A stretch of DNA of 64,000 bases, from positions 1-64,000 of the forward strand of contig NW_026855084.1 of assembly GCF_026571515.1 (NCBI RefSeq). Direction: 5' to 3'. Position 1 is the first letter of the stretch. Each line of letters starts with the position of its first letter. The notes under the pieces are model-generated. The model was given only the letters and a program-made list of their open reading frames with translations, was not told the origin of the DNA and ran no database searches. The stretch comes from Ruditapes philippinarum. Its lineage: Eukaryota. Made by a program: the position numbers and the translations under genes. Shown in pieces: positions 27,421 to 41,119 of this stretch.

Positions 27421-28101
27421 AAGAATTCTTGTTTGGCGTTTATAATATTTGGAAGAGATTAAAACTTCACCATTCGCAAATTGAAGACAAAGATATTGTT
27501 GACAATAGCATTCCGTTAACGGCGACTTCGTTGATATGACATGAAGTGAAGTTTATTTTCATTTATATGGAACATTAATCTTAATTTTATCTGTTTTTAA
27601 TCAAAATTGATTAACGTTTTCCTAAATTAAATGTACCAAATTATTGAAATTTAGTAAGGCATCTTCTATCATAACATTATGTGACCGATGTCGGGGCATA
27701 CATAAAATAACCATTTACTTCAAAATTGTATAGTTCCAGCCATTGACACATTTCGCGAAATCTTAAAATAAATTTGTCTTCTTGTTTTGTGTTGGAATAA
27801 AATTATTTGAGCGACATCATACGATGATATTCTTGTCTATATTTCTTACATTTATTTTTAAAAAAAGATAGATTATAAGTGCAAAAATATTGTTTACAAT
27901 TCATATAACAAAATAACGCTTACAATAGTCCAAATTTTATTATTTTGTAAGATATGCGCTTCAAAACATGTCTTAATTTGATTTGAACATTTACCCTCAC
28001 CGGCAACGCTATACACGTAGATGTGCTTATCACCGTTTTAAATATAGATAAACTTTTCTTATAAAACATTTTCTTCATTTTCAATGTCATCGTAAACATT
28101 T

Positions 28102-28154
28102 GGTAGGTAGGTAGGTAGGGTAGGTAGGTGGGTAAGTGGGTAGGTAGGTAGGTA
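28102..28154 (+). repeat. (GGTA)n microsatellite
   Basis: Imperfect GGTA tandem run. Confidence 0.95.
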
Positions 28155-28199
28155 AAGAAAGCTTTAGACAGAACGGTAAATTTATATTCTGTAAGATAG

Positions 28200-29790
28200 C
28201 AAGGAATTTATGTAATTTAATATAATGTTGTAGAACATAGATCTTATAAATAATCTTACAAACAAAACTCTATTGTTGATATCGTGTTCTTAAATAAAAG
28301 CAGTCGGTTATTTACTTATTTATATCACAACATAACCGTCTTTCAGTATAAAAAACTTGTTTGTTTATGAATAAGAACTGACATCATTGTTTCAACCCTT
28401 AGTCCCTAAAGACATGTAACAAAAAAACAAGGTCAGTTTGTAACACATCACCGTAATATATCTTGATTTAATAAATCTATTCTGTCTGTGAATGGAATCC
28501 CACATGATCACTTCAGTCTAACCTTAACAGGTTGGTGTAATATGATATATCTGTAAACAAAACGCATTTATTTTCCCACAGTGGCCTATATGATGTCGAT
28601 TGCGAGTGAGCTAGTTAAAATAGACTCTGTAATTACAATGCCGAAAATATTGTTAAGCAGTTTGGTTTACTTTATAACATTCATTTGTTTCTATTATAAA
28701 AAAATGACACAAACCTTTGTCATACTGCGATAAAAATTAATGAATAAGAAACAACACCATGTCTAGCCAATTTCTCTAAATGTTTATTATCATTTAGTTT
28801 ACTGCTAAAAATGCCAGCACCAAAACTGCTAAACATGACAATGCGGGCAAACTTGAATAATGTCAGAAGTAATCGCTACCATTCTAGAGAACGTCATCAC
28901 AATCTGTTCATTTATAGATAACTAGCAAAGACCCCCATATCTCACATACGCAGACGACCGATAATCTTAAACAAATGCTATATGGGGACCTAAAATGATA
29001 TGTATGAGTTTATTGAACTTTTAAAAGAGGGTTAAAGTACTTTGTGAATTAACTTCTGCAGAAGAAAGATGCCGTTTTTATAGCACGAGAAGACGGGGCG
29101 ATGAACCTTATAAATTCGAGGAATTCTGAAGACGTTAATGCATCAAAGATAGTGCTATATTAAAAACAGATATAAAAGCCTGTTAAGACTTTTCCGTTTA
29201 TGAATTAACAAATGTAAAACCTAAAAGGAAATGTAACATAATTAAGGCATGTTAAACGTTGCAAACTAATCTTAACAGCTTGAGATAATGCGATATGTTT
29301 GTTACCTAAACACATTTCTTGCTTATCCGTAAAGAGGCCAATAACACACATTTTCAGCAGGATATTTTATCAAAACAATATTCATATCCGAGGTAAGTTG
29401 CAAAAGGCTATTCACTGAATATCATAAAAGAGAAGTACTGATCTTTGGTAAAAATAGAATTGATGCAATTAAATACGGTAACCTATTTATAAAGGCTGTA
29501 TTTTGTGAAATATACGAAAGTGCAAAACACTGTTGGTTTATGATGTTATGCCAAGAGTAGAGTTACACATTAATTTTAATGAGTCATGATGGAAAATCTC
29601 CTGCCGTTATTTAGTTATTTACTTCGTACATTGCCAATCTATTTTTTAACTACAAACGCTGTAAACTTATAATATGTTCCCTTTATTTTTACTAACGGTT
29701 TTATTCGTCAAAAGGATGAAAAGTAGTAGAAATGATAAGGCGATTCACAAACTCAATAATGAAGCTAATAAAGGTAAAGATAGAAACGTA
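28200..29790 (+). repeat. Duplication block D (paralogs ~37040-37280, ~42720-43512 and 44070-44110)
   Basis: AAGAACTGACAT.ATTGTTTCAACCCT.AGTCCCT.AAGACATG occurs at ~28372, ~37109 and ~42889; CTTTGGTAAAAA..GAATTGATGCAATT at ~29443 and ~43215. Confidence 0.88.
28575..29260 (+). pseudogene. Decayed TM plus cytoplasmic (TIR-like?) coding remnant; inverted paralog at 40175-40520
   Basis: Frame AYMMSIASELVKIDSVITMPKILLSSLVYFITFICFYYKKMTQ (hydrophobic helix then KK), later LAKTPIS and YEFIELLKEG; 28900-29250 matches the reverse complement of 40175-40520. Confidence 0.35.
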
Positions 29791-30236
29791 TGGTCCCACT
29801 GAGATATATTAAGAGAAGCAAGTCTCCTGCTTCCTGTACATTTTCATGAACATATTAAAAATGTAGTAAAAGTAAAAAAGATAAGTAAACACAAAATACA
29901 ATTGTGAAACACATTGCAAAATGTACACACAAGACATGTAATTTACCAACAAAAGGTCCGATTTCACACAAAATAACCCTTACTGCATTAATGACGCAGT
30001 ATAATTATTATGATTAATACTGCAAAATTAGTTATCGCACATAACATTAAAATTATTACTTTTATCATGACTCACTTTACATTTCTTATAATATCCGAAC
30101 ATTTTTCTGTTTGTAATTCTGATTGAATTTTATGATATATTTTGTCTCATCCGTTTAAACTATTGTGTCAGAAAGAAAGATTGTTTACTAATTGGAAACA
30201 TATTTCGCTGTTATTGTGTGTATAAATGATGAAGCT

Positions 30237-30457
30237 CATCGCTGTGGGTTCGAATCCCACAGGGACTTTGGATTCCTCTATGTGAGGAAGCTATCCAGCT
30301 AACTAACGGAATGCCGGTGGTTCCTCTCAGGTGCCCGTTCGAGGCTGAAATAATGCATGGAAGGGCACCTGAGGTCTTCTTCACCAGTAAGGCTGGAACG
30401 TTGCCGTATGACCTATACTGTGTCGGTGCGACGTAGAATCCAATAAAACAAACAAAC
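30237..30457 (+). mobile_element. 5'-truncated tRNA-derived SINE (same family as 14609-14881)
   Basis: B box GGTTCGAATCCC, same body and (CAAA)n tail; perfect 13-bp TSD AAATGATGAAGCT (30224-30236, 30458-30470). Confidence 0.95.
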
Positions 30458-31599
30458 AAATGATGAAGCTAAAGATTCATATACGAAAATGATAAGAAAT
30501 GGCCATGTACCATCTACTGCATATTACAATTTATGATCTATATAACGGCACGATGATTTGGAATATGAATACGTGCTTTGTTGTCAATCAATGACATTAA
30601 AATGTTTATTCGTTTATGTTATGTAAGTAAATATGTTTGTCTACCTCCTATATCCCTGGGTGAAACTCAAATTTTGTGATGTATTGATAATAAGCGTTAC
30701 ACACTGATCATTTTTTAACGGGAGTGAACCGTTAACTTTTAACAGTTAAAGTAAATTCCCCGTGATGGGGAAAATAACATTTGCCGATTTCCTAGTACAT
30801 GTATCTGTTTGCGTATTGCAAAAAATCTTTTAAATCCCCAAATGTTTAAGATACTTTCCATACAGTCAGGTAAGAAAACCAAACACATGAAACGTAGAAA
30901 AAACAGAAAAACGAAGGCTAAATAATATATTATTACAGGTACTTAAACAACACAAAAGCTGGAAGACGACATATGTGTTTAGTTGCAGTTTCGGAATGAG
31001 GTATAATTTGATTTGTAATTGCACATTTAAGTGTATTTAAAATCTTACCAACGTTTTAAATTTGCCATGTCATTTTCTGAAACGTTTTGTTGTTGTTTGA
31101 ACATAACACTTCTTTTATTTTAAACAGCGTTTATATATGTATTACCTTCAACGACATAAACATTTCTTATGAAGTTTCCAAACGTAATTAAAACCTTTGA
31201 TTGTGAAGGAACGGTGAATTGATTACTTTGCTTCGTATTTGAAATGTTTTACCGGGGGTATAATATTATATTTGTTGTAAATACTCTGGCATGTTGGGCA
31301 TATTTTTTACATTTAGTTTCGTTTCGAATTATTAATGAAACAAGAAAAGTATTGCTTCATTGTCGAATGGTTGACAAGACTGAAGGCAAATGCAAAAAGC
31401 TGAAAACATAGCCTAAACAAACTGCACTTTATCATCAAAATAAAGCCAAAGATGACGTTTTGCAATATTGTATGCTCCGCAATCGATCCATATCATTTTA
31501 ACACGCATACTGATACTTAAAAACAATTAAATATGGTCTTAGTAATATTCATACGTTTCTAAAAAAACGGCTTTATGCTAAAAGTGTAATTATTGACAA

Positions 31600-32230
31600 T
31601 AAACAGTTCAAGGGTTATATGATTATTATGCAAACATAAATAGCTGCAAAACCTTCTGTTATATGAATTCAAAAGCAATGCGTGCAATTCAATTTACCAA
31701 TATACATTGGTGTTCAGTGTTCAGCAGCATCTCAAACAATTGTAATGACTTAAAAATCTCATTTTGAGAAAGGCCTTCCTAATTTCGAAGTATAGTGTTT
31801 GAAATCCTTAATGTTCCTTGTAATCATAAAACAGTAGACGTAGTGTCTCGACCGAAAACGTTCACTTAATTACAAACAATACAAAACAGATATTTCAAAT
31901 AATGTACACGTTTGCAAAGTTCATATTCAGCACAAGAAATAACGACAATGATCACAGAAAAATGGGACATTAACAATCACATATTACATATATTTCTTAG
32001 AACAGTTGGACACTTTTAAGAATGGGAGGGAACTAAGTATATTTGTTAAACAATGGGTTTAGTTATACTTATTATAAACACATAACAGTTGCATCACCTT
32101 TCTTGTACTACTGAAATCAACGTTAATCAAATAAGGGATGACATGCAAAATTTTATAAACTTATTTTATTCCTTTAGAGACGTTATACATCGTTAAATAA
32201 TCATTGAAATTAAATTGAACTAGGTTTGTA
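31600..32230 (-). pseudogene. Decayed Ig-like/TM-like remnant in a duplicated block (paralogs ~37330-37660, ~60060-60250)
   Basis: DNA paralogy (GGACATTAACAATCACA; GTAGACG..GTGTCTCGACCGA); minus frames LINVDFSSTRKGDATVMCL and LLMSHFSVIIVVISCAEYELCKRVHYLKYLF. Confidence 0.28.
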
Positions 32231-33605
32231 GTTTCGTTTTTTCCTACGTATAAGCAATTGACTTTTTTTAAACTACGGTTTTCTAATCAAAACATTGAAA
32301 AAAAATATGAATAAGTATAATTTGACCAATGAATATCACTATTTTCCGACATCTTAAAAATTTTTAAAATTACTATTTCTATTTTTTGCTTTGGTTTTTC
32401 TTTTTACAATATTTACACAGCCTGGTTCAGAAGATATTGTTTCAAAATGCATTGCTTAAGTACCTATAATGAATAAAAATGAATGACTTAAGTAAAATCA
32501 CGATGTTACTTTTTGTACTCTGTATTGCACCAAGTTTTCAATTACATATATTAATTATTAACTTTTTGGGTTTTTTTTCGGCATGACCTATTTCTTGGAA
32601 AATAACATATCATATCATATATTAATTTCTACTTTAAATTGTTTCATTTTCTAGAAATAGTCTATCAACTTGCCAACCACCAACCATACAAACATGTGAT
32701 ATTATTACGTCAATATAGAAATAAATCATCTTTACTTGCAACTTTCTTTGATCGGCGCAAATATTTGCAAAGATGAATGTCTGTAAAAATAAATGACATT
32801 GTCTTCACTTAGTGAATTATTTCCTGACAAGTTCTTGATAGATTAATGAATGTGAAAAAATTCAATTTGATAAAGTGCAAACGGACTTAAAATAAACCTT
32901 GTTTCTACGTGCTTCTTTTCAGTGTTTTATTGTGCCATATTATGCAAAAACTTAGTAATTGTTTCTAAATATATAGTGTATATATTTGCTACGACAAAAA
33001 AGGAGTACCTGTCTTTATTCTCGAAATTTTAATTAAATCAATGTCCCAAAATTAAATGTATAATACGGAACATATTTGTCTTTAAAGAAAAATAATTTTT
33101 CAGATTTGTTCTTTAAAACACCAAATTGCTCGATAGCAGTGTAATATGCCACTGAAGTCTTTGTGAACAGATAATCGATGAAAGAGAAAGCATGTTTCTG
33201 ACGTAGAATTTTAAAATTAATTGGTCTATAAAGGAAGGTATTTAATAGAATGATTAAATACGTTGATAGTATTTTCAGACATAACTAAACAACAATATCA
33301 ACAACAACAAAAATGGCAAAAATAAAACACTCAGAAAATGATGATACATTGAAGGTGTTGGCAAGCGTAAGATACATGATCCATTATTACAAGTCATATA
33401 TTTATATAGCAAACAATAACATGTTCTAGAACAAAATATTATTATTCATCAGATATGGAACATTTTCAGTAATTTTTAAGCAACACTTTATAAGAATATC
33501 CAAATGATACATTTCTATCATTCCATTAATATTTGAAACGCTTATATAAAATGTGCCTATTGTAGACCTATTTACTGAATATTTTAATTGTAAATCGCCT
33601 ATTTA

Positions 33606-35825
33606 CAAGGGGCAGGACGTGAAGTGGTTGCACACTTGGTTCAAGCTAGCGAATTGGTTGCAAACTTGACAAAATGGCGAACACGGCGTAATTTTTTGAA
33701 ACGGGTGAACGAATTTTTGCCAGGCAAGTGGGTTTCTTTGTTATTTTGAAGTTCATTAGTATGTCTATGCCATAATGCAATATATATGCCACACTCGGTT
33801 AAAGGTTTCAGCATCCTAGATTCTGTTTTGACGAAGTTATTGAAGATATAAACTGATCATGTAGATATTTTGAAATTTGACATGTGACTGTTCTGGTCGG
33901 TTTTTCTCCTTATTTATTCGAATTTGTAAGTTTTAAACTGCATTTAACAATAATAACAAAATATGTTTCTATCAATGCTATACAAGTGGTTTAGTTCGCA
34001 AGTCCGAAGATAACGTTCAATACACAAAAATATCTTGTTCAAGCACATTTGGTTGCAGACTTATACTTCAAGCATTTTTGGTTGCACTCTTATTCTTATT
34101 CTATTGAAATCCAAAGTAAAATTTTGCAAAAGGAGTGTAGAAGGTTATATTTATTAAAGATCCTGTATGTTTTGTAATTGTGGTTGTATACCACACTTGC
34201 GTGAAACTATATTTATATAATTATGCTAAAACAACAATTTTCAAACATTGAAAAATATGTAAAATGTGTACTGCAAATATTTGTACATATTAAATGTAAT
34301 CATTAAATTATATTTTCAATGACAGTTATTGACATGTATGTTCTGTTACTTGTTTTTGTTATAAATGTCATTTATTCTTTCTTCTTTTACAACAATTATG
34401 CACTTACTGTTTCAAATTACATGGTTCTCAGTTCAATACTATAATCATCAGTAAAAGCCTGCAAACAAAAAATAGCAAGTAGAAAAATATTTATTGATAC
34501 TTCAATTCTAAAATATGTCATCATATGTAAAATGCAAATGAAAACTACATACAAAACAAACGTATGTGAGAGTACTGTTGTATGTAAGTGAATTATTTTC
34601 ACCATAAACATAAGGACATGTGCACACATACGATGTTACTCGTCAAAATTTCCAAAGTTTATCAAAACCACAAGAAATGTTAATTTGTTTGTTTCGTATG
34701 TAAAGATCAGCAGTTGCTTTAGACAAGTATGTAAATGTACTTAAAATATTTTTAGAAACCAAAAGTGAAAATGACATGCTTGTTTACAATATTTCGGAAC
34801 GATGGTTAGGAAACTACCCGTTTATATGACTGAAATACTGTTGGAAAATGGCGTAAAATCGTAAAATGAAACAAACAAACAAACAATTGGTATTCTAAAT
34901 TAGATCATAATATAACTGATGATAAACAATTGGTTATTTACATTGACTAATACGTGACAAAACTACTTAAAGTCATTGTTCGAGTTAGGGAATTTGGAAA
35001 ATGTTTCGATTGGTCAATTTAAAGGAACATGCGAATAATGTCCTTGTGTCAATGTTAATATAGTTTTTATCTACTATATAATCAAATTTATTTCAAATCT
35101 CAAAAACGAACAATAATGAAAGCTGTTTGTTGCTATTTTTTTTCTTTTCCTTTACAGTTAGTCATGCCAAGATATAAAAAAGTCTTAAGACTTTGTAAAA
35201 AGAAAAGAAGTACATCGAGGAGAAAAAATGATGAAAATAAACACAACTGAACTTCAATTTAGCATATTGTGTTATATATCTATTTGAAAGACCCTGTGTT
35301 AGGATATATCTGCACGCATGCATTTGTATATATATTTCTTATGAGATGAACGGGTATAATTGCCTTAATATTGCTAATTATTAAAAAAAAGATTATTATT
35401 CCTCGCTAAAAATATGCATGCCACATTATTGACACAAAAGTTTGCAACCAAAAATGCTTGAAGTATAAGTCTGCAACCAAAATGTGCTTGAACAAGATAT
35501 TTTTTGTGTATTGAACGTTATCTTCGGATTTGCGAACTAAACCACTTGAAAAGCATTGACAGAAACATATGTTGTTAGTTTATATCTTCAACAACTTCGT
35601 AAAAACAGAATCTAGGATGCTGAAACCTTTAACCGAGTGTGGCATATATATTGCATTATGGAATAAACATACTAATGAACTTCAAAATAACAAAGAAACC
35701 AACTTGCCTGGCAAAAATTCGTTCACCCGTTTCAAAAAATTACGCCGTGTTCGCCATTTTGTCAAGTTTGCAACCAATTCGCTCGCTTGAACCAAGTGTG
35801 CAACCACTTCAGGTCCTGCCCCTTG
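33606..35825. mobile_element. Non-autonomous DNA transposon with very long TIRs
   Basis: Left arm 33606-~34090 and right arm ~35437-35825 are near-identical inverted copies starting CAAGGGGCAGGAC; the right arm lacks ~100 bp; 5-bp direct flank ATTTA on both sides; no transposase ORF. Confidence 0.92.
34815..34886 (+). mobile_element. 3' tail fragment of a SINE/LINE inside the long-TIR element
   Basis: ATATGACTGAAATACTGTTGGAAAATGGCGTAAAA followed by (AAAC)n. Confidence 0.55.
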
Positions 35826-36049
35826 ATTTATAGATTTATTATCTCAAGTATGAACATACGTCTTTTAAACTTGTTTGAATCTTATTTTATTGCAAATTAA
35901 AATCCGGGGTTTTTTCATGCATTTTAATGCTAATATTGGTAACTTTTAATTGCATAAATCAAAGTGAAAAAAATATATATATACAGAAATTATCCAATAA
36001 TCTTGTGTAATATAATTCTCTTTACTAAGCATAATGCAATTTATCTATT

Positions 36050-36240
36050 TTAAAGGATAATGCAAAACAAAGTAACTGTTATTTTCTTTAGAATAGAGAA
36101 TTGTCGCTTGTTTTCTTAAAATTTGATAAAACAAAGTAGCTGTTCTTTAAAACTAATTACTACAGAAGAGTTACGAATGACAGCTAGATTTTTATGGCGC
36201 CTTTAAAGATTAAACGTGGGAGAAATATTTACGGAAAGTA
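36050..36240 (+). repeat. Short duplication (paralog ~38755-38945; weak third copy ~60780-60905)
   Basis: Near-identical AAAGTAGCTGTTCTTTAAAA.TAATTACTACAGAAGAGTTACGAATG..TTTTATGGCGCCTTTAAAGAT. Confidence 0.88.
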
Positions 36241-36299
36241 ACTCCGAATACAGAACAGTGTGTGTGTTTACCATGAGATTTTTCTTTTTAAATATCTGG

Positions 36300-37010
36300 A
36301 TCATACGATTACAGAACTGGATAAAAACTAGCAATTATGGAATAGTCCTAATGTGAATTTGTCGTGACATTTCATTTTGATATGTTTAAAATTCATCGAG
36401 ATTTTAATCTGAAATCTGCAATTTCAACATGGTGTTCTTGATTCCTATTATTCTTTTTGTTTGAAGATTTGCATTATGCATCGTAACGAAAAAGTTACAT
36501 GTTTTTTCGATTCGGCCTGTTAAATTAATCGTAAAACGACCTTGAAAATGTCATATACGTTTTAGAAACATGCATGACATGCGATTTCTCCTGTTCACCT
36601 TAAATGAAGAGTTCTTCACCAATGACTATGGAAGAAACAGAGATCTAGATTTTCATTTAAAAAATCAAAATGTTCCTTCAAAAGAAAACAAGCAATATAG
36701 AGAAACATCCTGAGAAAACTGCTGCATGGATTACAAGAAAACTGAACATGATTGTAATATTGCACCATTGCTAATCATACATGCCGACAACTTATTGCTC
36801 CTTTCTGTCGGTGAGAAGATTGATTGCATTCTCTTATTGAATTGAAATATGCCAATACTTCCCTTTATCCAATTTGTTTTTAGACAAAATGAAAGATGAA
36901 AATTTATTGGACCAGTAATATATGATTAAATTGCCGTTGCCCCGCATTTTGTAGCATGTAAAATGTATATGTAGGTATAGGAAACAAGTGCATTCGATGA
37001 ATTGATAAGA
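36300..37010 (-). pseudogene. Triplicated block E copy 1: decayed Ig-like/TM/TIR-like remnant
   Basis: TGCACCATTGCTAATCA..CTCTTATTGAATTGAAAT..TTTATCCAATTTGTTTT is shared with ~41607 and ~45832; minus frames FTCYKMRGNGNLIIYYW, SACMISNGAILQSC and hydrophobic FSFLVIHAAVFSGCFSILLVFF. Confidence 0.38.
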
Positions 37011-39369
37011 TGATTTTAAAAGTGTGCACCATCAAAACAAAATTTTACATATTCATATCACAACCTAACAATCTTTACGTATCCGATATTTCTTGTTTGT
37101 TTATTAATAAGAACTGACATCATTGTTTCAACCCTTAGTCCCTAAAGACATGGAATACAAAAACGAGGTCAGATTGTAACACATAACTATAACATATTTT
37201 AATTTGATATATCCATTCTGTCTGTGAATGGAATACCGCATGATCACTTCAGACTTATCTTAACAGCTTGAGATAATATAGCAACTATGATATTGGCATC
37301 TGAACATTAGAAAAAATGCAGGATAAATATTTCAAATATTGAATACGTTGTCACGTTCATACTAAAAAATGAATAAATAACAATGATCAGTGAACAATAG
37401 GACATTAACAATCACACATTACGCACATTTCTAAGTTAAACGGGACACATTAAAGAATGGGAAACCAATATATTTTGTTAATGGGTTTAATGATATTTAT
37501 TATAGTAGGATAAACGGATAACAATTGCACAACCGTTCACGTTTTACCTACATCAAAGTTTATCAATTAAGTTATCCCATGCGTAAACATATTTCATTCT
37601 TTCAAAGATGCTATACATTTATACTTTTTCTGATCAATTGAAATGTAATTGAACTATGCTTCCTTGTTTCCCCTGTTTCTATTTTGCTCCATTTTACCAT
37701 TCGTCTCCTTCTTAACACTTCGGTTTTTTAACTTATTGATAACGCAAAATGCTATTATGGAATATCAACTTGAAGACTGGAAAGACTGTATAATAAATAA
37801 TGGCGAGTATTGGAGACTTAAAACCCTTGATGTTATTTTTAAAGATCTAATACATTACACATATTTTCAGTCCGATGATATATGATAGTTTTTAAAAATG
37901 TTTTACAATCATGGTGTTTACAATGATGAATAAGTTTTAGTTGACAAACAGTGATTTCAAATGAGTATTACAGTAACTATTTTTCGACGTTTTTATAAAA
38001 AAAAACATATAACATATTTTGGGGGGTATGCAATGAAGATGAAAAAGGATACCCGGTACTGTAGATTAATGAATGTGAAATAATGCACTTTGATAAAGTG
38101 CAAACATCCTAAAACTAAGCATTGTTCTTCAAAGTGTGATATTTTGTCATATCATGCATAAAATAGTAAATTATATCTCAATATATAAATATATCTGCTA
38201 CGTCAAAATAGGAGTACCTGCCTGATTTCTTGCTATTACAAGACTTAGTGTTGTTTTAATTAAAATCGATGTCAACGAAATAGAATGTGTTGAATGACAC
38301 ATATTCATCGAATTTGTTTTAAAAAGACTTTTCAAATTTATTCGTAAATACACGAAATACCCGAAAGCTGTGTGACTATATGCTGTATGCTACGAAACTC
38401 TTTATGAACGATTTGTTGATCGATATTTTAATCTTCAACAGTAAATTGCCTATTAATAGAAATAATTTTATGTATGAACATCATGCTAACGATATCTTTA
38501 AAGTTATAATAGTTGATCAGCTTACAATTAGAACATGTGTGCTTAAAACCGTAGTGGCATATTTGTAACTCAATTTGTTGAAAGAAAAAGATTCCGTTTT
38601 TTATAATACTTATTTGATAATTTTGTTTTTCATATTTTACATAATTCAAAGCGAAAATCAAAAATATGAAAACGGGGTGCTCTAGTGAAGGTTATCCAAA
38701 AATCTTGTATAAGAAATTTGCTTAACTAAGTATTGTTAAAGTTTACAAGATCAAGGGATAATGCCAAACAAAATAACTTATTATCACTACAATAGAGCAT
38801 TGTCGCTTGTTGTCTTAAAATTTCATCAAACAAAGTAGCTGTTCTTTAAAATTAATTACTACAGAAGAGTTACGAATGGCAGCTAAATTTTTATGGCGCC
38901 TTTAAAGATAAAACGTGGGAGAAACATTTCCAGAAGGTAATTCAGAAAAGGATACGATGTGAAAATTGCATAAATTTGATTTGTTTCCCTCTGTATGTAT
39001 TCGATTAACACTTTTAGTCGGTCGTAAGTCGGAAGGCCTTCTTTCCAGATTGTAAGTCATTTTTCAAAACACACGACTGCAAATTTCTGACAGGAATGTA
39101 TTACATGTATTAGGTTTCTAGACGCAATGAACTTTTATGTTTTGAAAGCGTAAAGTGACTGTTCCATTTAATATTCAGCTATCACGAATACAGTTTGTAC
39201 GTAAAGCTAGTTTTATTTTTTCAGACAGAATGTTTTCTAAATTCATTAGAGATAAGGGGCTCAGATATATCGTTACGCTCACAAGTTAGTTTCATGACTA
39301 ACCTTGTTTCTTTTCACATTGGTATGTATTTGAAATAAAGGTTATTACGTTGTTAACATTAAGCTGCAT

Positions 39370-40170
39370 TAAGCTTGCACTGATGCAAGCCCGGGTTAAA
39401 GTATGGTGAATATCGGGCGGTGGGCGGTTTGGGGACAAACTTTTCGTAACAGTTTTCTCAGCAACTACTTATCACAGCATCTTGATCTTTGGCATACAAC
39501 ATTGACATGTGGTCCAATACTGTGAGATTCGATTTCAGGTCTGTCGATTATCCAATTCCTGTAAATCGACTTAGTTAACTTTTCGACATAAATGGTCAAT
39601 GGTAGGACATTTTCGTAACATTTTTCTCAGCAACTACTAATCACAGCCTCTTGATATTTGGAATACAGCATTGACACGTAGTCCCATACCGTGGGATTCG
39701 ATTGCAGGTCAGTCGCTCACCCACTTCCTGTTTATCAACTTAAATTTCCGACATAAGTGGTTAATGGTAGGAAATTTTCGTAACAGTTTTCTCAGCAACT
39801 ACTTATCACAGCCTCTTGATATTTAGCATACAGCATTGACAAGTAGTCCCATACCGTGGGATTTGATTTCAGGTCTGTCGTTAATCAACTTCCTTGTTTA
39901 TCAACTTAGTTAAATTTCTTACATTAATGGTCAATGGTAGGAAAATTTCGTAATAGTTTTCTCAGCAACTACTTGTCACAGCCTGTTAAAATTTGGCATA
40001 TAGCATTGACAAGTAGTTCCATACCATAGGATTTTGTTTCAGGCTTGTTGCTCATCCATTTCCTGTATACCGACTTAGTAAAATTTTCGATATAAATGGA
40101 CAGTGGCAATTTTTTGTTGGTAACATCACAGCATCATGATATTTGTTATACAAATGCAACCCGATCTTTT
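39370..40170 (+). mobile_element. Helentron/HINE-like non-autonomous element with an internal 165-170 bp satellite array (~4.3 units)
   Basis: 5' hairpin GCTTGCA-CTGA-TGCAAGC, GGGCGG repeats, then CTCAGCAACTACT at 39457, 39626, 39791 and 39961; the array is certain, the element class is inferred. Confidence 0.65.
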
Positions 40171-40174
40171 CTGT

Positions 40175-40715
40175 GTTTGACCCATTTTTAAATTTACATC
40201 TATTTAATGTATTATAGACGCGGAAATACCGAATCAAACGTGTTGTTCAAATATAGCCAATTCACCCTGTTTAGTACATTACCCTCTTTAAAATGTCTCG
40301 GATTTATACGGCTCCTCGCCCTGCCTGCATGTAATGAAAAGACGTCCTCGTTCTTCTACAGTAGTAAATTCACGACACAATGTTCTTTAACCCTCTTTTA
40401 AAAGTTCAATAAACTCATCAATATCCGTTTAAGGCGCCATATATCACCATTTTAAAATTATCGTTTGTCTGCCATTTAAGATATGGGGGTCTTTGCCAGT
40501 CGATCTATAAATAAAGATATTATCTCAAAAACTTTGACGTTTAATATCATCAGGGAACGGAATACAGTTACAAAAATGAAACTTGGCATAACATCTATTT
40601 TTGTCTTCTGTATTTCCATTTGTTTCTTTTTCCGTTTTAATCTGTTCGATTCTGAAAAGAAATTTAAAGAACGATTGTAAACGTTGAAATATTGGTGCAT
40701 CAACTACACCTGAAA
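40175..40715 (-). pseudogene. Decayed coding remnant, inverted paralog of 28900-29250
   Basis: Acceptor-like ATTTCAG then GVVDAPIFQRLQSFFKFL..; overlapping frames VFEIISLFIDRLAKTPIS and DIDEFIELLKRGLKNIV. Confidence 0.33.
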
Positions 40716-41119
40716 TCTCGTACATTTTTTACAAGGTAGAAAAAATCCAAAATGGTATTTATAAAACAAGAAGCGAGGAAGATGTTTGGGAATATTGAAT
40801 ATACCAGCAAGATAAAATGTCATTGGGCCCGGAATCAATTTATTATAGTTTAACACATTTTCATGATGAAAAGAACTGAATTTAAAGAGTCATTTTTGAA
40901 TAATGAATTTGGAACATACTAAATTATGATGTGTTTCTTATGTCTACTTTATTTGCAAACCCATATAACTCCGCTAACGGAACAGTGTGTTAAGTATGAG
41001 ACTGATAAGATCTAACTTTTTAAAAAGTAATCTAGATTATAAAAATCACTATGTCATACTCATAGAAGATAAGGTTTTAAAGTTATAAAAAATAGTCTAA
41101 GAACTAAACATAAACTGTC

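Noticed and set aside
35569-35833. ORFs in the right TIR as a possible transposase
   Set aside because: Short, lie within the inverted repeat, no DDE or other transposase motif
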